From: Mytilus californianus
Lineage: Eukaryota
NCBI RefSeq assembly: GCF_021869535.1
Contig: NW_026262581.1
Span: 51,770,001 to 51,834,000, forward strand
Direction of reading: 5' to 3'
DNA: 64,000 nucleotides
Under the pieces are notes generated by a model. The model ran no database searches and was not told the DNA's origin. It was given only the letters and a program-made list of their open reading frames with translations. A program made the position numbers and the translations under genes. Positions 53,852 through 64,000 of this stretch are shown here, in pieces. Each line of letters begins with the position of its first letter. Within the stretch, counting starts at the first letter, position 1.

Positions 53852-56800
53852 AGGGATACTTCGCAAAAAAATGAAAAATTGATATTATGTTGATAATGTA
53901 TAAAAAACCACAAATTCATAAATATTAAAGTTTAATTCTGCTAGATAAGAGATCACCATCGATTTTAAATTTAGAGTATCACTTCTCCGCGTGCGGCCAT
54001 TTTGACATCATCCCTGAATAGAAACCACGATATATCTATAAACCACAAAGGACCAAAACAAGCAGTAACCTAACGTAGCCGTAATTGAGTGTCGATATCT
54101 TGTCAAGCGTACGGTTGTTTTACCCGACAAGGAAAGCCTAAACAGTTTCCCGGGTCACAAAAAAAGATTATAATAGACATAGTTGTGCATGCAACCTTTC
54201 CTAACTAACTTGATAGGCGGAAAATGTAATTATATATAATTTTTTTTGAATAACTAGTACTATATGGTCTGTCGTTTTAAAACTGTTTTTTTACTACGTT
54301 TTTGAAACAAGAAATTTTAATGGAAATTAGTTAAAAAGTTCAAAGTGATAAATTAAGTGTTACGTGTAAAAATGTTTTCGAAAATCTAGTGTGTTCATAA
54401 TTCATTTATGTAATAATCTTATTTAAATAAATTCGGACCTTCCCTTATCTGATCACCAGTATGGCTAAAGGAATTGTTCCCAGAGGTATTGTGAGTTGAC
54501 ACGTCCAGGTATTCAAGCGATTTCCTGTCGGGCTTTAACACTCTTATTACACAATTACATAAAGCAAGTTCGTGCATCACTTCACCTCTGAGGGTATTGA
54601 GAAGTGTACACGGCCGATTACTTGTAACTTTCCATTTTGAAACTATCAGGTAAATATACATCTTTGTCTTGCGTGTCCGATAGTGATATGCTAGTCTTTA
54701 CTAAACCATAGATATAATAGCCATTATATATATGACTAAACTCATACGCTTGTTTATAAATATCATTTATGGTGTAAAGAATATTTATGAAAATCTAAAT
54801 AATTCCAAAAAAAGATTTGATAAAATAAAAATATATTTACATATTTCCCAAACGTTAATTGGGGAAAATGTAAGTAATTACTCGTTGTAAATAATTATGG
54901 ACATTTTTAAACGTACAAATATTGATTTAACAAAATGTTCGCACTTGTCGATCATTGGATTATACGCCTAGATAGAAGGTTACGGAACTATAGATAGTCG
55001 CAATTTAGAATATATACATGTATATTGAATATACGAGAGAAACATCCAAAACCAATCTGATTTAAATACAGGTCGATATCTAACTTGCTTTGGTTCATCG
55101 AAGTTATGCACATAGTAAAATCACAGATTTTTATTTCAATTAGATTATTTTGAACAGTTTAAGAAAGTCGTCATCATCACAATGGTTGTGTATTATGTAT
55201 AATAATGTAATAATGTGAACATGGTTCTATTATACCGGTAGTACCTCATGTCAATTTTCCTGTTCCGACTTGCATGTAATATATATGCCACTGGACGTAC
55301 ACTAATGATCCCCAAAAAGCTTATTTGAAGAAATAAAGAAACTTCACTCCCAATAGACTGATAGTAGATGTATTAACGTCTGGTCAGCTAGAGGGTTGAT
55401 TAATTTATTTAGTTAGCTGAAAAGGGAGGGGGGATAAACCATTCCTAATATTGCACTTATGCATAAAATATTAATGAGAGTAATATAAGAGAAAATATAA
55501 ATACGAAAAGTCGCATATCTGGCAACTATAGAATTTCACGTACAATTGTCATTCTTAATCGAAATAACGGACAGTCATTAAAATACATGCATGTACACTT
55601 TGATAAAAAGGGGTGCTTCAGTTACATATATTATTCATCATAAATCTATTTCAAGTATATACTTTCCTGTCATTCTTATAAGTTAACGCAGAGACATGTA
55701 ACTATACATCTCTAGTTAACGACAATCAACCATATAAATATTTGAATCTGATGTGACTTACCGTTCTGACATCTCTTTCTTTTTTCTTCTTTTTTTTTTT
55801 TATTTGGGCAGGTACACAAACATTGTAATGTTAGATATACTGTTCCCAGGTTGGGAGGGGGCGGTGGTTGGAGTTGAAGTATATCGAAAGTTACAAAATA
55901 AGAACGTTGTATTTATGAATTTAAATGAAGAACTCTGATCTTGGGCGTAGGTTTCTTTTTTTTTAAGTTCAGTGATTTAAATTGAGAGAAAAAATTCTGT
56001 CAGAATTTAAATAGTACCGGCAATTTTCACCTAAGACTCCTCTAAAATCATGAATGGTCATGCTTCACAATCATCAGAATTTTCTTTGCATTGGTACATT
56101 CTGTATCGGTAGTGATTTACCTTGACATTTCCGGGTATAACAGAGCTACTTGTATATTACATGTATGTGGTTAGGTGACGTCCCATGAGGTCTTACGTAT
56201 ACAGGTTCACATTTATAATGGTTTCTGATAAAACAAGGTTTTATGACATTCACACTCCTGCATGTTCTGTATACCAAATTCTTATCTTATTTTCAGACCA
56301 AACGAGGATGTGAATATTTTCCAGGAAAAATATTGAGTATCAAAGTATCAAATTAATTTCAGGGATTTTTTTCTTTCTTGGTATTAAATCACAGAAACTT
56401 AAAGAATATACTACTTGTCCGCTTTAGGTGTATTCTTGTCGGTAAACGGACAGAAAGTCACAGGGCAAAAAGTCACAGGATATAAAGTCACAAATTTGAT
56501 ATGACAAAAAGTCACAAATAATTTGTTGACAATTGTTTGAATATATAAGAGAAAGATCTTGAAATATTTTCTTTTTATTACATATATCCATTTTTAGGTT
56601 TAGGAAATTGTTCATAAGCCTTGATAAATGAAAATTTATTAAATTTTAATCATGCAAAGTATAATTTCTTGGCACCATGAAGCCATTTAAGTACTAATCC
56701 ACTTTGACATTTTGTTTCCATAACAATTATTTGATCATTATTGATATTTATTGAATAAATGTTAATAACAAAGTTGCTTTATATATAATAGTTCAAGAAA

Positions 56801-58192
56801 AAAACAAAAAAAAAATTTTTTTAAATTAGTGTTTTCTTGTTCCAAGAAAAATAAATTTAAAACTGAATTGTGACTTTTTGTCCTGTGACTTTTTGTCCTG
56901 TGACTTTCTGTCCTACATTCTTCTTGTCAGTTAAGACTGACATATACGTCTCTGGTATATAGTGGGTTTATGAATGAATGATAAGTCTTGCAAAGGTACA
57001 AGATAAAAGCACATTGAAAATTGATTCCGCCGGTCTGTCTCCATTTAAAAAAGGAAATTTGACCTTAGATTGATTCTGTTATTTTTTTAAACATTGTTGG
57101 TCAAATAGCTAAAGTATGTATACGTTGTGAGATTTTAAATATTTTAATAAGGGCATTCCCGATTAGGTAAATGTAGATCGCTGTGGACGGACCAAGCTAT
57201 ATTAATCATGTAACCGCGATAATTTTCTCTAAACATTGAAATATTCAAGGTTAATACCCATGATAATTTGAAAAAGTAAGTACAGTGTATGGTTTATACG
57301 CTCGTTTTCGTGGGCCATTTTATTTATAAAATTATTTAATTGAAAGTAATTCAGAATTTCGATGTTACAACAAATACTCACCTATCTATTTTAAAATTAA
57401 GCTTACGCAAAATATAAAAGATATACATGTATATAACGGCGATTCAGGTATTTTGCCACCATATTCCTCCCCAAATAATTAATGTTTTTATCATTCATAC
57501 GAAATGTTGTTCACACCTGTAACGGTGAACCGTGTTGGCTAAAATTCACTGAGTGAGGATCAAAAGAATAGAATTACAGAATGCTAATCTTTTAATTACC
57601 TTGAATTTAACCACGCATTCAACAGGTAGTCACTAAGTGTCACAGTACAATACACATTGTATTTTCACAGTACTAGTGGGAAATGTTTGCTAGACTGAAG
57701 TAAAAGCCTTCAGGTGAGAATACAAACATGCACTTGTAAAACAATATCAGTTATATATGTTTGTTCAAAATATCCGTCGGAAAAAAAATTCATAAAAATA
57801 TATTCTATTGTATGATTTACTTTTATTACTGTAATCATATCAGAAATCCTTTAAATATAAATCGTACATTTTAATTTTGAAAGTTGCACGGCTGATCACT
57901 TTACTTTCTTAATTATTAGTTGGTTAATAGCTACGCCAAAAGTCGTCGATGCGCTTTAAATCGTGTTATTAGATTATTAACGAACAAGACTTATAATGAG
58001 ATTTATTCACTCCCGGCATGCAAAAAGACTTAAACTACGTCACATAAGTCAGGAAGTTGGAATAAATTAAATTATTAATTCCCAATTTTCTTCTTTATTA
58101 GTGTTCATATCCAGATAAAACTTTGGTAAATATGTTTTTTATGGTATTATGAACATAATAAGATGAAAAGTAAAAAATTGCGAATTTTCCCT
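53852..58192. mobile_element. About 4.3-kb Kolobok-like non-autonomous element in SSADH intron 3
   Basis: TTAA|AGGGATACTTCGCA ... TGCGAATTTTCCCT|TTAA, with degenerate inverted similarity continuing inward (attatgtt.ataat...ataaaaaa). Confidence 0.55.
56441..56920. mobile_element. 480-bp MITE with repeated ggaca.aaagtcac arms (Mutator-like)
   Basis: Inverted ggacagaaagtcacagg / cctgtgactttctgtcc arrays; TTCTTGTC duplicated at 56433-56440 and 56921-56928. Confidence 0.85.
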
Positions 58193-58303
58193 TTAAATCT
58201 GTATTTACTCTTTAACTGTTTGTTTTAAAGGCTTAAAGTATTTATAATCTTAACTATCATAGCTACTGAGACTTTGTAAAATTATTTTATATCTGTTTAA
58301 CAG

Positions 58304-58474
58304 GGAAAACCTTTAGCTGAAGCTACAGGAGAGGTCATGTATGGTACATCATTTATGGAATGGTTTGCCGAGGAGGCAAGGAGGGTTTATGGGGATATTA
58401 TTCCATCGCCTGCGAAGACAAAGAAGATCCTTGTACTCAAACAACCAATTGGAGTAGCTGGTATGATTACACCT
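58304..58474 (+). CDS. ALDH5A1: SSADH exon 4
   Basis: aacAG|[57 protein letters not shown]|GTGAGT; 171 bp. Confidence 0.97.
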
Positions 58475-58879
58475 GTGAGTCAATAGTCTTAGAAAGAAAA
58501 TCCTATTCTGTTCAGAATTCAGTAAATATTTTATTGAAAAAAATCTTTAAAAAAACGTGCAAAGTATAAATTGTTAGCAATGGGATAAGATAAATTTATG
58601 AACCCAATTTGAAATTAAGGTGAATAACCCTAAAAGCAATCAAACAGTATCCTCACTATTATGAAAAATAATATAATGGGACTAAGAGTATAACACAAGC
58701 AGTTGTCCTATAATCTACTTAGAAATGACTGTTCAAAGAATTCATGATCCACTTGCTACAAGTCATACAACCCCACTTGTCTTCTAAAGGGAGGAAAAGG
58801 GATCATAACTCTAGAAAAGGGAATATTTCTATAGAGTTTTTTTTTAATCAAGACTATTTAAAACATTATACTTTTGCAG

Positions 58880-58996
58880 TGGAATTTTCCTAATGCCATG
58901 ATTACCAGGAAAGCTTGTGCAGCTATAGCTGCAGGATGTACTGTTGTTCTCAAACCAGCTGAAGATACACCATATTCTGCTTTGGCATTGTGTGAG
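58880..58996 (+). CDS. ALDH5A1: SSADH exon 5
   Basis: ttgcAG|[39 protein letters not shown]|GT; ALDH WNFP and KPAE motifs with the SSADH-typical MITRK. Confidence 0.97.
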
Positions 58997-60129
58997 GTAT
59001 TATATAGAAACTTGATATACTGAGAACTCATTTAATTTCGTAGATACCAATTTTTGTGGATGGAGGGAAAACTACATACCAGTATTCATGAATGTTTGAT
59101 TTTCATGATTTTGCCAGTCTGCATACAGGCCTATAAAAAGTTTCAGCTTCATTGGGACATTTACATTCCTGGTTTACCCATGAATTCCATGAAAAATTGG
59201 TATCTCATGAATATGGTAATAATAAAACCACAGTAAAGAGATAGAAAAAATTACAAAAAGATGAAATATAAGTTAAAAAAGAGGCAGAAGATACCAAAGA
59301 GACAATCAAAACTCATTGGTGGAAGAGAAACAGACAAAACTGATGTAAAGAAGGAAGGAAGAAAGACATCATATAAATTTGACCTCAGTTTTGATACTGA
59401 GATCTGAAAAATTGTGGTCTACCTAGAAGTTTTATTTCATCTTTCATAGGGGAGGGGAAGGGTGTTGTTCTTGAATTACAATGAATGTTTACAAAACAAA
59501 ATATTTTTGTAACTTTAAAGTAATTTGCACATAATCCTCAACATTGTTTCTGGTTACAAGCCTGCCAAGTACTGATTTAATAAGAAGGAGATAATACAAT
59601 GCTATTCAGTTTCAATTTTTCAAAAGTTATTAATATGAACTCATGTACAAGCACAAAAATAAATAACAGAGCTAACATTTGCTAGAGTTGGCCGTACAGT
59701 TGCCTATAATTGCTTACATCCACTTCATTTGAACTTGGGTGGATAGTTGTCTCATTAGCAATCATACCACATCTCTTGTAACTTATGCAGAGTATAAGTG
59801 TTGTTTATTCAGACAGGATGGTTTCCTCCATGAGATGGGGCAGTCGATTCCATTATAAGGTCAAAGGTCATGCCTAATTTGGTCTGTCTGATATCAAGGA
59901 TTAGGTTCTCAGATTACAATTGCAGGCTGCCAGCTTCTCACTTTTGATTTTGCTGTTGAATACAAAGGACCTTTACTCAATAGGAATAAGTTTTCAATTT
60001 CACCCACCATCCACCCCAATCTACCACCTTCAATATTTCACTGAATGTGGGAACAGTTCTCAGCAACCCAGTGGTGTTTTATAAATAAATGACCATTACG
60101 AAATTCACCACTGGTTAATTTCTCTTCTT

Positions 60130-60291
60130 ATCCCCAAGTAATTAACTACTTTTCATCTCTCCACTGTCAATTCAACCCCTTTTCGTAGCACCCTGCTACG
60201 AGATGAAGCATCCCCAAGTAATTAACTACTTTTCATCTCTCCACCATCAATTCAACCCCTTTTCATAGCACCCTGCTACGAGATGAAGCAT
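60130..60291. repeat. 80-bp tandem duplication in SSADH intron 5
   Basis: atccccaagtaattaactac...ctgctacgagatgaagc occurs twice, with about 3 differences. Confidence 0.9.
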
Positions 60292-61504
60292 CGCTTCATC
60301 CCCTTTTGGAACCCTCTGTGTTCCAGTTGATTGGCGGAGTGTCCATGTCCACGGGGCTTGGCTACCCACTATACCAAGTGTCGTCCACAGGGCCTGGAGC
60401 AAAATTTTCCCAGCTGAGATACTGACTCCCAAAGGGCAAACTTATATTAAATGTATATAATAAAAGTAAAACTTTATCAAGCCTTTGTTATCAACAGCCT
60501 TATCAATTTGTCAAAGTACTTGCGTCAGGTTAAGTCATTTGTCTGGTTCTGGTTTTTATATGGTCAGTAATTGTGGTTCTTCATCTTAAAGACAAGTTGA
60601 GAGACTGTAGCGTTTGGTCCCATGTTGTATATACATTTACATGTTTATGTTGAGTATAATTTGGCACCAGCTGTTCCAGGGTTAAAGAGCAACACTTGAA
60701 GAAACTATTATATAAGAGGATCTCCAAATTTAAGTTCCAGGTCTTGAGGTAATCATAAAGCACAGTAGTATCCAGGATCACATACAATTTGTTAGGGGCG
60801 TCACTTGGCATTCGTCGTCTCCTATGTGCTTACATGTCATGTAGGTCTCAAGTCATCACTTGGCATCCGTCTATCAATATTACTTAAGCTGTCATTTTCC
60901 TCCAGGACGAAAGTATAAACTTATTTTTATATCAGTTGAGTTTAATGTGTTGATCTTAAAAAATGTAAAAATGGTAACTATATATTTAAAACATAAAATA
61001 GCTAGAAAAAGTTATTCAACCTTATGTCTTGGAGACTTGTTAATGAAATGAATTGCATTCAAAACCTTATGAGTGAAATAGAAACCTGATGTGAAAATGA
61101 TAAAGAAATTTAAACCAAAAAAGGAATTCACTGAAAGCATTGTGTCCAGCTGTCTTGTTAATGACAGCTCTTTTATGATTTTTTCCAAGTTACACATAAA
61201 GTTCATATTTCATATCATTTAGGTCAAAAATAAAATTTGAATTGTTAAAATGTTACCTATCTACCCACCTAAAAGCAGCCTACCTGAAAAATTTAATGGC
61301 ACAAATCGTTTCAAATTTTTTTTTAAAGATTCTTTCCTGCTCTTACATAGCTTTCTTGTCTAAAACATGTAACTAATGTTGTTGGCCAAAAAAATGAAAT
61401 AAAACCCCTACCTACCTACCCAACCCTACAAGTCATGGGTAGGCAACATCAAACATGGATTTTTTTAAGGGTGGTCTTACTTTTAATATACCAATCCATT
61501 TCAG

Positions 61505-61648
61505 TTAGCTGAGAAGGCTGGCCTTCCTCCAGGAGTGTTGAATATAGTCACATGCTCAAGAGCCAATGCAGGAGTGGTGGGCAAGATGTTATGTGAAAAT
61601 CCAATGGTTAAAAAGATTTCCTTTACTGGTTCTACTGTTGTAGGCAAG
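61505..61648 (+). CDS. ALDH5A1: SSADH exon 6 (gene continues beyond the window)
   Basis: tttcAG|[48 protein letters not shown]|GT; FTGST NAD-binding motif. No ELGG catalytic exon seen before 64000. Confidence 0.97.
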
Positions 61649-62571
61649 GTAGTATCTATATAAATAACATATTCAATTGTATTGATCTCACTGTTCAGGG
61701 AGTCAATACAATGTATTTCTCTAATTTTCATGCTTTTTTTACATTTTTCGATCGATGTGAGACAAATATTTCTCATCTCTAGAGAAAACTTTGTTCTCAG
61801 CAAATGATTGGTCGAAATTCAATTATGACGTCAAATTTTCATGGTTTCTTATGAATTTCATATAGAGTTATGCCCTATAAATAATGAAGAATTTAGATAG
61901 AATTCAATTGAGGTTGGATATTATAAACAAAACAAAAACAAAATTGTTAGTGATATTCAAGCAGATCTATAAAAGAATTTCTTTTAAAAATTTACATTAA
62001 AATACAAGTTATTGACTGTGGATTCATTACTATTTTTGTATAATATATTTTATTTCTTCTAAAAATGTCTTTACCAAAGGATTGTTGATAAACTCTTTCT
62101 TATTTTAAGATATCCATGTAATGTTTTTGGTGGAGAGTATCTATGTGTGAAATTATTGTCATATCTTGTTGATTGTGACCACTTCTGAAACAATAGTCAT
62201 ATTTTTTTTTTTTGCATTTTATATTTTCTTGTTTTCTTGTACATTAAGTATATCTTTTTTTTCTTGTTGATTGTGACCACTTTTGGACCAATAGATATTT
62301 TTATTTTGTTTGTATTTTTATATTTTCTTTAAGTCAAAAAATGAGTAAGAAATAATAGAATTATAATTATTTATTAGCATGTGACATATTAAAAACATCA
62401 ATTTCAGTATAATACATAATAAAACAATTAAAGCAATAAATCTCAAAGCACTTTCAGTTAACAAGTATAAGTTTTTAGCACATAAGACAGACAAATGATA
62501 ATTCATAGCACTTAGTAAACGACAATAGTTCATAGCACTTAGGACAAACAAGTTCATAGTAATGTTGATAT

Positions 62572-62922
62572 TCAGTATGGCTGGTAGTAGGAGTTCCCGT
62601 TGTAGCGTGAAGACATCTTACGAGAGGTGATGACTGTACGTGAGTGGGTGTTCTGTGAACGGCTACGTTTGTTGGCAAACCATTTCTTGACCTGTTCTTC
62701 TCTGATGTTCCCCTGAAGTGCAATAGACTGGATGATGGTTGAGTCTGGGTATGGGTGGTCTATGTTGCAGTGGTACCATTCTTCCATGAGCTGGATGGAC
62801 CTACGTGAGAGCTGTGGACGAGAGCGGACATTACATGGTCTGGTAGTTGGAATCTTGGTAGTAGTATGGGTACTGGTGTGTGTCTGGTCAGTGACTGATT
62901 GTTGGAGGTTCTTGACACTGAG
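62572..62922 (-). CDS. PADRE/SPILE-type TALE homeobox gene, exon 2 (homeodomain)
   Basis: ttttacAG acceptor at 62923-62924; RSRPQLSRRSIQLMEEWYHCNIDHPYPDSTIIQSIALQGNIREEQVKKWFANKRSR has the TALE PYP loop and WFANKR helix 3; TGA at 62572-62574. Confidence 0.92.
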   Translation of the reverse strand, partial: LSVKNLQQSVTDQTHTSTHTTTKIPTTRPCNVRSRPQLSRRSIQLMEEWYHCNIDHPYPDSTIIQSIALQGNIREEQVKKWFANKRSRSQNTHSRTVITSRKMSSRYNGNSYYQPY

Positions 62923-63193
62923 CTGTAAAATAAATAATATAATGAATAAAAACATATATATTCATTTTAACAAAACATAGAAAAAATTACTCCTGTTATT
63001 TGACTCAATTAAATACACATCATAACTCTATTTTTCATTTGAATAAAAAATGTGCACCATTGAAACATTTTTCATTATTTTAAACCAGAATTCATTCCTT
63101 TTTTTTTATTCTATTTCATTATTCAATTCAAATGAAAGAAATCTTTTTTTTTTGTATTTTTAATTGACTCCATAATAATATTGGATGTTTTAC

Positions 63194-63826
63194 CTCAACC
63201 CTATCTATAGCCTTGTGTATTTGCTCATCAAAGTTGTTGTTGATGGAGACTCGTAGATGTGGTTTGGTAGCATTCTGGTGAAGTGACTGGTAACGCTCTG
63301 TCTCGATTACAGCAGACTGGTACTTGAAGAAGCTGGATAACTGAGACACCTGAGTTGGGTAGTTGACTTCAAGTTTGGTAAACTGACATTGAAGTTGTTG
63401 CTCTCTGGTGAATACACTGGTTTTGGGTTTGTGTAGTAGCTTCATCAGAGTCTCTGGTATGGTTTGCTGTTTGAGTTCTGTCTTGAGTAGTGACTGTAGT
63501 TCTAGGACTGCTGAGTTGTTGCTGAGTAGTTGCTCTGGTGGTGGAGATCCAAGAAGATCAAAGAGTGAGTCAGCAAGGCGAGTTTCTGTCTCAGGCTCAA
63601 GAGCTGTTGCTTCTGCAAGGATAGCAGCAGCCAGGGCCTCATCATCATCTTCGGTGGTGTTGGTAAGATCAGCAGTAGAAGTGGTACCAGTTGATTCAGT
63701 AGAGTTAGTGGTGTCTGGTTGAATAGTAGCAGCAATGATGTCCTCTAGTGTGGTAGTAGATGTGATCTCTATGGGTAGTGGTGACTTGGTAGGTGATGAC
63801 ATCAGGAAGTCAAGAAAATCAGCCAT
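63194..63826 (-). CDS. PADRE/SPILE-type TALE homeobox gene, exon 1 (acidic Thr-rich N-terminus plus PADRE-like domain)
   Basis: acaatcATGg start at 63826; 633 bp; QLSSFFKYQSAVIETERYQSLH...NNNFDEQIHKAIDRVE|GTAAAA donor; phase-0 join to LSVKNLQQS gives a 327-aa protein. Confidence 0.88.
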
Positions 63827-63889
63827 GATTGTAGTAATTGATAAGTAATAGTACAATGATTGATCGAGATTGGTAGTTGATAAGTGAAT

Positions 63890-63976
63890 AATGATTTGTC
63901 TCAATAGTGACATGCTTAAATATGGTGTCACATGTGCCATGTTCGGCTTATGGTGTAAACACTGGATTTTCATTGG
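63890..63976 (-). promoter_or_regulatory. Putative core promoter of the TALE homeobox gene
   Basis: On the minus strand: Inr-like TCATT (+1 about 63892), TATA-like TATTTAA at -30 (63916-63922), CCAAT at about -80 (63972-63976). Confidence 0.55.
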
Positions 63977-64000
63977 TTGAAAATAATAGTGAACTTTAAT

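Noticed and set aside
63128-63973. The 281-aa ORF-track protein as given
   Set aside because: Its first ~49 codons overlap the promoter and 5' UTR, and its last 21 codons are intron. The supported CDS is 63194-63826 spliced to 62572-62922.

Overview
AT-rich eukaryotic genomic DNA from a spiralian invertebrate, most likely a bivalve (inference from a PADRE-type TALE homeobox gene and the repeat content). No rRNA, tRNA or CRISPR features were found. The left two thirds hold a tandem cluster of minus-strand multi-C2H2 zinc-finger paralogues. Copy A is intact (6008-8053, 22 fingers). Copies B (18403-22050) and C (30693-42052) are pseudogenes split by transposon insertions. Copy C is interrupted by a 9.56-kb foldback-type DNA element (about 500-bp TIRs, AT duplication). 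That element contains a 5'-truncated CR1-like LINE flanked by an apparently perfect 256-bp target duplication, with a 14-bp inverted match between the two LINE junctions. The right third holds exons 1-6 of succinate-semialdehyde dehydrogenase (ALDH5A1, plus strand). A complete two-exon PADRE/SPILE-type TALE homeobox gene, with its own TATA/Inr/CCAAT-like promoter, lies antisense downstream of exon 6, apparently inside the intron. The rest is densely packed with Penelope-like (Naiad-type) fragments, Helentron-type (HINE) elements carrying satellite-like arrays, and MITEs or foldbacks. All alignments and coordinates were read by eye, so approximate boundaries may be off by a few bases.
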